This document shows positions 30,314-39,477 of a stretch of 64,000 bases of DNA, piece by piece. Under the pieces are notes generated by a model. It had not been told where the DNA came from and ran no database searches. It was given only the letters and a program-made list of their open reading frames with translations. A program made the position numbers and the translations under genes. The stretch lies in NCBI GenBank assembly GCA_034530875.2, contig JAVRCJ020000010.1, positions 1-64,000 on the forward strand, given 5' to 3'. Position 1 is the first letter of the stretch, and each line of letters opens with the position of its first letter. The stretch comes from Nostoc sp. DedSLP01. Lineage in GTDB: Bacteria; Cyanobacteriota; Cyanobacteriia; Cyanobacteriales; Nostocaceae.

Positions 30314-32314
30314 ATGGGAGAATTTGCTGACAAATTAGCGGCACAAAGTCCTGCTTTTGTTCGTGCTTACTTGGGTAGTTTAGCGCCAAGCTTGGTAAAG
30401 TCGGGAAAATTAGAAAAGTATTACCAAACTCTGACTGATTTTGATTTCATCACTGCCAAGATTAACTATCCTGAGTTTGGGGTGCAGCTACTAATTGATG
30501 ATTATGATTTGATTGATGGTGAAGAGACATTAAATTACTCAGAATATAACTCTGAAAAAGTCAAAAGTCTCAAATTGATTCAAGGAGCATTGAGACTGTC
30601 AGCGCATATTTTAGCAGTAGATAAAGGGCAACTAGCAAGTCACTTGCATGGACGGTTACTAAATCAGAAAATGCCAGAGGAAATTCAGGAATTACTGGCA
30701 CAAATAAAGCAAGGGAAGACTACCCCTTGGCTGTGTCCCTTGACTCCTAGCTTAACGCCACCAGGGAAAGGCTTACTCCGCACCCTCAAAGGTCATATCA
30801 ACTTGGTAAATGCCGTCGCTGTCACTCCCAATGGACAGCAAGTAATTTCCGCCTCCTCTGACAACACCCTCAAAGTCTGGAATCTGGCAGATGGCAAACA
30901 AATCCTCACCCTCAAAGATCATATCAACTCGGTAAATGACGTTGCTATTATCTCCAATGGGCAGCAGGTAATTTCTGCCTCCTCTGACAACACTCTTCAA
31001 ATCTGGAATCTGGCAGATGGCAAAGAACTCCTCATCCTCTATGGCCATGCAGAATCGGTAAATACCGTCGTCGTCACCCCTAATGGGCGTCAGGTAATTT
31101 CCGCCTCTTCTGATAAGACCCTCAAAGTCTGGAATCTAGCAGATGGCAAAGAGCTAATCACCCTTAAGGGTCATACCGAATCGGTAAATGCCGTCGCCGT
31201 CACCCCTAATGGGCAACAGGTAATTTCTGCCTCCTCTGACAACAAACTCATAGTCTGGAATCTGGCAGATGGTAAAGAAGGATTTTTTAATTTTATGATG
31301 AATCTAATAACTGGAAGGCAACTCCTCATCCTCTATGGTCATACCGAATCGGTAAATGCCGTCGCCGTCACCCCCAATGGACAACAGGTAATTTCCGCCT
31401 CCTCTGACAAAACCCTCAAAGTCTGGAATTTGGCAGATGGCAAAGAACTTCTCACCCTCTATGGTCATGCCAAATCAGTAAATGCCGTCGCCGTCATCTC
31501 TAATGGACAGCAAGTAATTTCCGCCTCCTCTGACAAAACCCTCAAAGTCTGGAATTTGGCAGATGGCAAAGAACTTCTTACCCTCTATGGTCATACCGAA
31601 TCAGTAAATGCCGTCGCCGTCACCCCCAATGGACAACAGGTAATTTCCGCCTCCTCTGATACGACCCTCAAAGTCTGGAATCTGGCAGATGGCGAAGAAG
31701 GATTTTTTAGTTTTATGAAAAATATAATAACTGGAAGGGAACTTCTCGCTCTCCATGCTAACTTCTTTGCTCTGAATACTCATATCTTTTCAGAAAATGC
31801 CGTCGCTGTCACTCCCAATGGGCAACAGGTAATTTCCGCATCCCGCAGCAAGACACTCAAAGTTTGGAAACTGGCAGATGGCAAAGAAGGATTTTTTAGT
31901 TTTATAAGGAATCTAATAACTGGAAGGCAAATCCTCACTCTCAGAGGTCATACCAACTCGGTGAATGCCGTCGCCGTCACCCCCAATGGGCAACAGTTAA
32001 TTTCCGCCTCCCGTGACAAGACCCTCAAAGTCTGGAATCTGGCAGATGGCAAAGAACTCCTTACCCTCAATGGTCATACTTCCTGGGTAAATGCTGTCAC
32101 CGTTTCCCCCAATGGGCAACAGGTGATTTCTGCCTCTTGGGACAACACCCTCAAAGTCTGGAATCTGGCAACAGGGGAGGTCATTGCCACCTTCACAGGG
32201 GAAAGTTCCATTAATTGCTGTGCAGTTGCACCCGATCGCATGACAATTGTGGCAGGGGAACGATCGGGTAGGGTGCATTTTTTGCGCCTTGAAGGGATGA
32301 GAGGTAATTCGTAG
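30314..32314 (+). CDS. APAF1-helical-domain + WD40 repeat protein
   Basis: LTDFDFITAKI...LIDDY...LIQGALRLSAHIL followed by 10 near-identical and 1 divergent WD40 repeat. Confidence 0.9.
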   Translation: MGEFADKLAAQSPAFVRAYLGSLAPSLVKSGKLEKYYQTLTDFDFITAKINYPEFGVQLLIDDYDLIDGEETLNYSEYNSEKVKSLKLIQGALRLSAHILAVDKGQLASHLHGRLLNQKMPEEIQELLAQIKQGKTTPWLCPLTPSLTPPGKGLLRTLKGHINLVNAVAVTPNGQQVISASSDNTLKVWNLADGKQILTLKDHINSVNDVAIISNGQQVISASSDNTLQIWNLADGKELLILYGHAESVNTVVVTPNGRQVISASSDKTLKVWNLADGKELITLKGHTESVNAVAVTPNGQQVISASSDNKLIVWNLADGKEGFFNFMMNLITGRQLLILYGHTESVNAVAVTPNGQQVISASSDKTLKVWNLADGKELLTLYGHAKSVNAVAVISNGQQVISASSDKTLKVWNLADGKELLTLYGHTESVNAVAVTPNGQQVISASSDTTLKVWNLADGEEGFFSFMKNIITGRELLALHANFFALNTHIFSENAVAVTPNGQQVISASRSKTLKVWKLADGKEGFFSFIRNLITGRQILTLRGHTNSVNAVAVTPNGQQLISASRDKTLKVWNLADGKELLTLNGHTSWVNAVTVSPNGQQVISASWDNTLKVWNLATGEVIATFTGESSINCCAVAPDRMTIVAGERSGRVHFLRLEGMRGNS

Positions 32315-32348
32315 TTCGTAATTCGTAATTGAGAAACTACACAATATA

Positions 32349-32924
32349 TTACTGACAGAGGATTTCATTGACGTTAATGTTTACATCAGGGAAGGCTTTA
32401 ATTGATAAACTTTGACTGCTAGCGAACTTTTGCATAAGCTGATATCCTGCGGCTGTTGGTTGTTGATAAACTTCCACAATTTCTTCGTTAATATTTACTA
32501 ACCAAACTTCAATTATGTTTGCTTGTGCATATAAAGGGATTTTCTCTTCCCGGTCATACTCGATAGTTGAATCAGCTACTTCAATTAATAAAAAAATATC
32601 CTGGGGTTGGGGGTGTGCAGTGGCGTAAAAATCATCACGGGGTTTGAGTAATGCTACATCTGGCTGAGGTTGTGAGTTATCGTTCAGTTTCACAGGGTCT
32701 TGAATAGCAATGAGAACTCTATCCCGTAACTTCTGAGACAAGAGTTTATTTAACCGTTTCACACAAGCAGCGTGTTTTGTTCCAATAGGCGACATATCAA
32801 TAATCTCTCCCCGAATCAGTTCCACTCGCTCATCTTCTGTGAGAATCCCCGACTCAACCATCTTATGATATTGCTCAACTGTGAATTTCCGTCTTAGCAA
32901 TTGTACAGTCACGATCGCCTCCAC
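32349..32924 (-). CDS. Uma2 family endonuclease-like protein
   Basis: RKFTVEQYHKM, VELIRGEII, PQPDVALL, IEVADST. Confidence 0.9.
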   Translation of the reverse strand: MEAIVTVQLLRRKFTVEQYHKMVESGILTEDERVELIRGEIIDMSPIGTKHAACVKRLNKLLSQKLRDRVLIAIQDPVKLNDNSQPQPDVALLKPRDDFYATAHPQPQDIFLLIEVADSTIEYDREEKIPLYAQANIIEVWLVNINEEIVEVYQQPTAAGYQLMQKFASSQSLSIKAFPDVNINVNEILCQ

Positions 32925-32957
32925 TGTTGCCTTATCTTTTAATTATTCCTCAGAATT

Positions 32958-34136
32958 ATGAACTCACCACCCAAACCACCCACTGCAATCAATTCCAGAG
33001 GACATCCCACAGATTTTGAGCAAATTATTCAAGCCAAAAGCCTAAACTTTGTCGATCGCAAATTTGTCTTCACGGCTATTAACAACTTTCTCCACCGCCA
33101 TCGCCACGGTTACTTCACTATCATTGGCGCACCCGGTAGCGGTAAAAGTGCAATTCTCGCCAAATATGTGACAAACAATCCTCAAGTTATTTATTACAAT
33201 GCCGAACTTGAGGGTAAAAATCGTGCTGACGAATTTCTCATAAATATCTGCACGCAACTCATTAATCAATACTCGCTTAATTACACCTCTCTCCCTAATA
33301 ACGCCACAGAAGGAAGTTGGTTTTTCTCTAGTCTTCTCCAGCAAATCAGCGATGAGTTAGAACCTCATCAAAAACTAATAATTGCCATTGATGGGTTGAA
33401 TTGCATTGACCGCAACAGCCAACCATCTGGTACAAATCTGTTTTATCTCCCCCGCTATCTCCCGGATAAGGTCTATTTCCTCGTCACTCGTAGACCTTTC
33501 TTGCGGGACAAGTCGGGTTTATTAATTGAAACGCCGTCGCAAAGTCTTGATTTAGCAGATTATCCAGAAGAAAATCGGCGGGATATTCAAGCTTATATTC
33601 AAAATTACCTAACTCCTCAAGAGATCCCCCCAACCCCCCTTGAAAAGGGGGGCAATATTTCGCCATTGTTAAGGGAAGGTAGGGGGGATCTTAAATCTTG
33701 GTTGAGTCATCACCAGATTAATGAGGAAGAATTTAGCGATCGCCTCACCACTTTGAGCGAAAATAATTTTATGTATGTTAGCCAGATTGTAGGTGCGATC
33801 TTAGAAAATTTCTACCCGGAATCTTTGGAGTGCGATCGACTCCCGCCTGGTTTAGAAGCATATTATCACCAGCATTTACACAAAATGTTTCCACCCGAAG
33901 AAGGGACGGAACACAGCACAGATGTGTTAAATGTCTTAATACAGCAAGAAAAAGCAATATCTGTAGATGCTATTGCTAATATAATCAATACAGATGAATA
34001 CGAAGTTGAAGAAGTTATAGAAAATTGGCTTGAATTTTTACACCAAGAACAAATTGACGGAGCAATCTATTATAGTCTTTATCATTCCAGCTTCCGTCAC
34101 TGGTTAGGTACACAACAAATACAATCTTCTTATTGA
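32958..34136 (+). CDS. STAND-like ATPase, paralogue of 28747..30312 lacking the N-terminal domain
   Basis: FVDRKFVF, GAPGSGKS, IAIDGLN, SENNFMY, LPPGLEAYY, YHSSFRHWL. Confidence 0.82.
   Translation: MNSPPKPPTAINSRGHPTDFEQIIQAKSLNFVDRKFVFTAINNFLHRHRHGYFTIIGAPGSGKSAILAKYVTNNPQVIYYNAELEGKNRADEFLINICTQLINQYSLNYTSLPNNATEGSWFFSSLLQQISDELEPHQKLIIAIDGLNCIDRNSQPSGTNLFYLPRYLPDKVYFLVTRRPFLRDKSGLLIETPSQSLDLADYPEENRRDIQAYIQNYLTPQEIPPTPLEKGGNISPLLREGRGDLKSWLSHHQINEEEFSDRLTTLSENNFMYVSQIVGAILENFYPESLECDRLPPGLEAYYHQHLHKMFPPEEGTEHSTDVLNVLIQQEKAISVDAIANIINTDEYEVEEVIENWLEFLHQEQIDGAIYYSLYHSSFRHWLGTQQIQSSY
33622..33691. repeat. Palindromic REP-like element translated in frame
   Basis: AGATCCCCCC...GGGGGGATCT with internal CCCCCTTGAAAAGGGGG hairpin; encodes IPPTPLEKGGNISPLLREGRGD. 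Confidence 0.8.
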
Positions 34137-35005
34137 CTATTGATTAATTCCTGCAATTCTTTTCGTAAAGATAAAGGCTCATAACCCAAAGAAAATGCTT
34201 TAGAACTATCCAAAGAAACATCTGCTGGTCTAGGTGCTGCCATTTTCACATCTTGTTGCCGACAGGCTTTGATTCTAGTAGCTGATAGTTCAAATACTTC
34301 TGCTAATAGCAGACCAAAATCATATCGGGACAATCGCTCTTTTCCACCCAAATGAATAATACCATTGACTTTTTCTAAGGCTAATAAAAGTCCTTTTGCC
34401 GCACTTGTGCCACTTACTGGTGTGCGGAATTCGTCAATAAATAAATTGAGTTCTTTGCCGTCTTTTAAAGTTTGAATAAATGGTTGAATAAAGCTTTTTG
34501 CTGTGGGTGTTTCTGCGCCAAACATTAAAGGCATTCGACACACTGCGGTCATGGGATATCGCTCTAACATACCTGCTTCAGCTATGGCTTTTTGTTCGCC
34601 GTAAATGCTTACAGGGCAGACCGAATCTGTTTCGCGATAAGGAGCATTTAAACCATCAAAAACTAAATCGGTTGATGTCAAAGCGCAAGGAATAGAATTA
34701 TCAGCACAAAGTCCGGCAAGATTACATGATGCAGTAACATTAATTGCGTGTGATTCTTCGGGGTGGGTTTGGCAAAAGTTTGGTTGTGAATGAGCAGCTG
34801 TATGAATAACCGCTGCTGGTTTGATAGTATTAAATATCTGCTGTAATTCTTGAAAGTCTGTTAAATTAACTTTTAATATTTTAATGCCAGGAATTTCTAT
34901 AGGATGCGATAAATAAGTGCCATAAATTTCCCAGTCTTGTTTTGCAAGTTGACAAAGATGCCATCCTAAAAAACCACTGACACCAGTAATTAATAATTTT
35001 TTCAT
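34130..35005 (-). CDS. NAD(P)-dependent oxidoreductase, RmlD-like SDR
   Basis: ITGVSGFLG, STDLVFDG, YGEQK. Confidence 0.88.
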   Translation of the reverse strand: MKKLLITGVSGFLGWHLCQLAKQDWEIYGTYLSHPIEIPGIKILKVNLTDFQELQQIFNTIKPAAVIHTAAHSQPNFCQTHPEESHAINVTASCNLAGLCADNSIPCALTSTDLVFDGLNAPYRETDSVCPVSIYGEQKAIAEAGMLERYPMTAVCRMPLMFGAETPTAKSFIQPFIQTLKDGKELNLFIDEFRTPVSGTSAAKGLLLALEKVNGIIHLGGKERLSRYDFGLLLAEVFELSATRIKACRQQDVKMAAPRPADVSLDSSKAFSLGYEPLSLRKELQELINSQ

Positions 35006-35030
35006 GTTCCATTGAATGAGGTTATGCTAC

Positions 35031-35594
35031 CTATGGGAACCACCAAAACCTGTTGCTTTGGAACTGAAACCGCCCATACCCAAGAAATTGACCGTGGGAA
35101 TTTTCACCCACTGGAAATGCTGTCACGCCAAGTAAGTAAACACCAGAAAAACTGGGATTCTTTACAGGACGGAGGGCAATTGTAACTGTTTGTCCTGGAG
35201 TCACAGGAGGGTCAAAGTTCACGGTAATTGTGCGTGTTTTGCGTTCTCTGGTGACTGGGCCTAGCGATAATTGCGCTTCTTTGCGATCGCGCGTTCCCAC
35301 AAAAGCACGAGTATCATCAAGATCGTACCGGATATTCTCCGATCCTTCACGTTGAGCAATGGTTACCTTCCCAAGAGATTCTCCAGCATTTTCCGGCAGA
35401 TTGATAGTGAAATAGTAAGTTGCGCCCCAAACATTTACATCTTTATAAGTAGTTGTCGCCTCAACCAGTCTCGGTGGTTGCACAAAATAGACTAGACCAT
35501 CCCTAAGTTGCACGGCTTGAGCCACTGGAACAGTAATTTCTGCAACACCAATTGCTAACGAAAGCGTTATGCCAAATAAACTTGCAGCACGCAT
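35031..35594 (-). CDS. DUF2808 family secreted protein
   Basis: Signal peptide, FVQPPRLV, FDPPVTPGQT, GQFLGYGR. Confidence 0.8.
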   Translation of the reverse strand: MRAASLFGITLSLAIGVAEITVPVAQAVQLRDGLVYFVQPPRLVEATTTYKDVNVWGATYYFTINLPENAGESLGKVTIAQREGSENIRYDLDDTRAFVGTRDRKEAQLSLGPVTRERKTRTITVNFDPPVTPGQTVTIALRPVKNPSFSGVYLLGVTAFPVGENSHGQFLGYGRFQFQSNRFWWFP

Positions 35595-35627
35595 GGCCGA
35601 ATATAAATTATTTAAATAAAAGTATTC

Positions 35628-36065
35628 TCACTTCAATTCTAATTCTTTCGGAATCAGCGACTTAGGAATGATAGAAACTTGCTTTTCCGAATCAGAAGGT
35701 TGAGTGTACCACCAAGCCCAAGCAATTAAAACTGCTTGAAAAGGAAGCCTGAATACGTGTACCCAAGGTGAATTTGGTATATATTCCAGCTTAATATGAT
35801 TAACCGCCATATTAATATTCGCGGGAAAAACAGCAATGAAAAGAGCAATAAGTCCCCAAGCCGCAGCTTGACTTACAGGCGGGACTAATAACCCAATACC
35901 ACCTAAAATTTCATAAAAACCACTCAGATAAACTAATTCCAAAGGATAAGGAAGCTGTGGTGGCATAATTTTCACATAAGGTTCTGGAATCAAAAAATGT
36001 GTGATTCCAACGAAAATAATTGCTATAGAAAGGATGACACGTAAACGTTCCTTATGCTGATTCAT
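35628..36065 (-). CDS. DoxX-like membrane protein
   Basis: GITHF, LVYLSGFYEILGGIGLL, AVFPANI, RLPFQ. Confidence 0.85.
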   Translation of the reverse strand: MNQHKERLRVILSIAIIFVGITHFLIPEPYVKIMPPQLPYPLELVYLSGFYEILGGIGLLVPPVSQAAAWGLIALFIAVFPANINMAVNHIKLEYIPNSPWVHVFRLPFQAVLIAWAWWYTQPSDSEKQVSIIPKSLIPKELELK

Positions 36066-36248
36066 CAGTTTTGCCTCATTATATACTTACCGCTATAACC
36101 TCAGTGTGACCGACAAATGCCCAATCCGCCTTGAGTCCATAGGATGAAAATGTTATTAGTCATTGGTCATTAGTCATTAGTCATTGATTATTTCTTGGTT
36201 ATTTCTGCCTCATTTCCCCATTCCCTACTCCCTACTCCCTATAAAAAT

Positions 36249-38417
36249 ATGACCAATGCCTTTAACCGACTCGCACCCTTCATCCAAGAATACATTTACC
36301 ATCACCAATGGACTGAATTACGACCAGTCCAAATTGCCGCTTGTCAAGTCATATTTGACACCGATGCTCACTTACTAGTCGCTGCTGCAACCGCTGCCGG
36401 TAAAACAGAAGCAGCCTTTCTCCCAGTTTTGACTGTATTACACAACTACCCTTCTTCTACCATAGGTGCGTTATATATTAGTCCCATCAAAGCATTAATT
36501 AACGACCAATTTGAGCGCCTCAACGACTTACTTAAAGAAGCAGATATTCCAGTTTGGCATTGGCACGGCGATGTTTCTCAAACTCGAAAAAACAAACTTT
36601 TAAAAAATCCTCAAGGCATTTTACAAATTACACCAGAATCTTTAGAAAGTTTATTAATTAATAAAAATAACGAGCTACTTCGGTTATTTGGTGATTTAAG
36701 GTTTGTGATTATCGATGAAATTCACGCCTTTATGGGTTCAGAACGCGGTTGCCAAATTATTTGCCAATTACAACGTTTAGCAAAAGCCACACAAAAACAA
36801 CAGCGTCGTATTGGTTTATCCGCAACTCTCGGCGATTATTCCTTAGCTGAAGAGTGGTTGCGTTCTGGAACTGATAAGGAAGTAATTACTCCTAAAATAG
36901 ATGGAATCAAGCGTCAAATCAAACTAGCTGTAGAACATTTTTATATTAATGATGAAGTTGATGAATCAGAGGCAACAGCTTACGAACAATATATTTTTAA
37001 TCTCAGCAATTCTCGTAAATGTCTCATCTTTGCAAATAATCGCACCCGCACCGAATCTATAATTGCATCATTGCGAAAAATTGCCACAGAACAAAAATTA
37101 CCAGATATATATCACGTGCATCACGGGAGTATAGCTACTAGTTTGCGGCAAGCAGCTGAAAATGCCATGCGCGAACCGAATAATCCTGCTGTGACTGCTG
37201 CAACTCTGACTCTGGAATTAGGCATAGATATCGGTCATTTAGAGCGAGTGATTCAGTTAGATTCACCCTTGTCTGTAGCTAGTTTTTTACAGCGTTTGGG
37301 GCGCAGTGGTAGAAGAGGTGAAGCTGCTGATATGCGCTTTATTTGCACTGAAGAACAGCCATTATCAGAAGCTTCTTTACCAGAGCAAATTCCCTGGCAA
37401 CTTTTACAATGTATCGCTATTATCCAACTTTATGTAGAGGAAAAGTGGATTGAACCAATTCAACCGATTAAATATCCTTTGAGTTTGCTTTATCACCAAA
37501 CCATGAGTATTCTAACAGCAACGGGGGAAATTTCACCTAATGCTTTAGCTAAACAAATTTTTAGTTTGCCGCCTTTTGCTGCGATTTCCCAAGAAGATTT
37601 TCGGCTATTGCTACGTTATTTAATTGATATTGGTCATATTCAACAGACTGAACAAGGTAAATTAATCCTGGGTTTGGCAGGAGAAAAGGTGGTAAGGAGA
37701 TTTCAGTTTTATGCTGTGTTTGCTGAGCAAAAAGAATATATTGTGAAGCATGGTACAACGGAAATTGGTAGTATTGCTGCGCCGGTTCCTGTTGGGAATC
37801 AATTTGGTTTAGCTGGGAGAACTTGGGAAGTTGTAGAAGTTGACTTTAAAAAAAGAGCTATTGTTGTGAAACAAGCTGAGGGTAAAGCTAGTGTTTATTG
37901 GCGCGGTGGTGGTGGGACAATTCATACAAAAGTTTTACAACGAATGCGGCAAGTTTTATTTGAGGATGTGGAGTATAGCTATTTGCAAAAGAATGCTTTG
38001 CAAAGATTACAGACGGTTCGTAAATTCCTGCGGCGGGTGGCATTAGAGAAGCAGAATATTTTGGAATTGGAAAAAGGTAAATGTTGTATTTTTCCTTGGA
38101 TGGGTACTCTTGGTTACCGAACTTTGGAAAGATTGCTTAATTCTTTCTGTTGGGAATCGTTGGAAATTAAAAGTATTGGTGGGATAAGTCCTTATTATTT
38201 GACAGTTAAATTAGGTAAGGGGAAATTTGAATATCTTTCTCGTGAAATTGCTTCGTTATGCGAGCAAAGAATTAGTGCAGAAGATTTAGTTAGTAATTCA
38301 GAAGCGCCGGAAATTCAAAAGTATGATGAATTTATTCCTCATCCACTTTTACGAAAGGCTTTTATTAATGATTATTTAGATATGGAAGAACTGCGGCAAG
38401 AAGTGGCAAAGTGGTAA
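36249..38417 (+). CDS. Lhr-like DEAD/DEAH-box helicase
   Basis: TAAGKTEAAF, PIKALINDQ, TPESLE, DEIH, LSAT, HHGS, TLELGIDIG, QRLGRSGRR. Confidence 0.9.
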   Translation: MTNAFNRLAPFIQEYIYHHQWTELRPVQIAACQVIFDTDAHLLVAAATAAGKTEAAFLPVLTVLHNYPSSTIGALYISPIKALINDQFERLNDLLKEADIPVWHWHGDVSQTRKNKLLKNPQGILQITPESLESLLINKNNELLRLFGDLRFVIIDEIHAFMGSERGCQIICQLQRLAKATQKQQRRIGLSATLGDYSLAEEWLRSGTDKEVITPKIDGIKRQIKLAVEHFYINDEVDESEATAYEQYIFNLSNSRKCLIFANNRTRTESIIASLRKIATEQKLPDIYHVHHGSIATSLRQAAENAMREPNNPAVTAATLTLELGIDIGHLERVIQLDSPLSVASFLQRLGRSGRRGEAADMRFICTEEQPLSEASLPEQIPWQLLQCIAIIQLYVEEKWIEPIQPIKYPLSLLYHQTMSILTATGEISPNALAKQIFSLPPFAAISQEDFRLLLRYLIDIGHIQQTEQGKLILGLAGEKVVRRFQFYAVFAEQKEYIVKHGTTEIGSIAAPVPVGNQFGLAGRTWEVVEVDFKKRAIVVKQAEGKASVYWRGGGGTIHTKVLQRMRQVLFEDVEYSYLQKNALQRLQTVRKFLRRVALEKQNILELEKGKCCIFPWMGTLGYRTLERLLNSFCWESLEIKSIGGISPYYLTVKLGKGKFEYLSREIASLCEQRISAEDLVSNSEAPEIQKYDEFIPHPLLRKAFINDYLDMEELRQEVAKW

Positions 38418-38470
38418 TCGTATTGTTAGATAATTCTGAATTCAAAAGTCAGAAATCTGTTGAGAAGTTC

Positions 38471-38926
38471 TCACGGATGGGGTGGTATAAAACTAGTTGG
38501 GTTCACAGGTGTGACTTCAGAAGCATAGCGGTTAAAGTCCCTAACGTTGAAAGTTAAGATATGGGTTAGTCTGTTGACTAACATTGAGGCTACAAGCCTA
38601 GCATCGTGGACATTTACCCCCACTACCCCATACTGTAAAATTAATCGCTTCCACTCTGGATAAATCTCAGGTACATCTGGCAGTACCAAGAAGAAACTTT
38701 CTAAACGCTCCAGTTCCGTCCTAGCTTCAGCTATGGTTAAGCCTAAGCCGTTCCTTTGGCTAGGTCGTGTTGCACTTCGCCAAAACTCTATGAGGTTTTG
38801 TGAGGTAATAAAAAGCTCTGACTCTGCGACTCGTAAAGTTGAGATTGCATTCAGTGTATCTGCATACATTGGGTGGTGTGGCTGTACGCTTAGTAACAAT
38901 AAGTTGGTATCGACAAGATAAGTCAC
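38471..38926 (-). CDS. PIN domain (VapC) toxin
   Basis: YLVDTN, QNLIEFW, VHDARLVA, TFNVRDF. Confidence 0.9.
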   Translation of the reverse strand: MTYLVDTNLLLLSVQPHHPMYADTLNAISTLRVAESELFITSQNLIEFWRSATRPSQRNGLGLTIAEARTELERLESFFLVLPDVPEIYPEWKRLILQYGVVGVNVHDARLVASMLVNRLTHILTFNVRDFNRYASEVTPVNPTSFIPPHP

Positions 38927-39256
38927 TTAAATATCTTCGGACTCCTCATCATCGTATATTCCCGCCCGACTTAAAGCATACTCAGATAGTAAGGGCGTAT
39001 CTCGCCTATGGCTCTCTGCCCATTCCCGAAAAGCTGTTATCCACTCAAGAGCCGTCGCAGTTTTGTAAAATGGTTGCTCCTGTTTTGATTTCATCAACTG
39101 CTCAAGCAATGCATCCAAATGTGGCTTAACCACTTCAACAGGGAGCTTAGTTACGTTTGCTAACACCTGTACAACGCCTTCTAACTCTTCTGTGTTAGCG
39201 TCTGGGGGTAATGGTAGTATTTGATTGTTATTGTTGATCGCGCTATCAGTTTCCAC
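38927..39256 (-). CDS. Putative cognate antitoxin
   Basis: Small acidic gene abutting vapC; FREWAESH...PLLSEYALSRAGIY. Confidence 0.75.
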   Translation of the reverse strand: METDSAINNNNQILPLPPDANTEELEGVVQVLANVTKLPVEVVKPHLDALLEQLMKSKQEQPFYKTATALEWITAFREWAESHRRDTPLLSEYALSRAGIYDDEESEDI

Positions 39257-39477
39257 AAATAATGCTGAAATTACTTCCTAGTTTAATTATCATGGTTTTA
39301 AGCTCCACAGGCAAAACCAGAGAAACGGAATTATTGGGGTAGCTGCTTGCTAGCAGGAATGATGATTAAAGGGAAGCCGAAAAAGTCTTCGCCTGGGCAA
39401 ATGAGTTTACCTTGGGACATGTTGATTAATTCGTGAAAAAATAGGCTGTAATTAATATTTACAAATTTCTGAAAGCC

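Noticed and set aside
39300..39436. Possible gene remnant ending GKPKKSSPGQMSLPWDM (clamp-binding-like motif)
   Set aside because: Very short, preceded by a stop, no supportable homology from sequence alone
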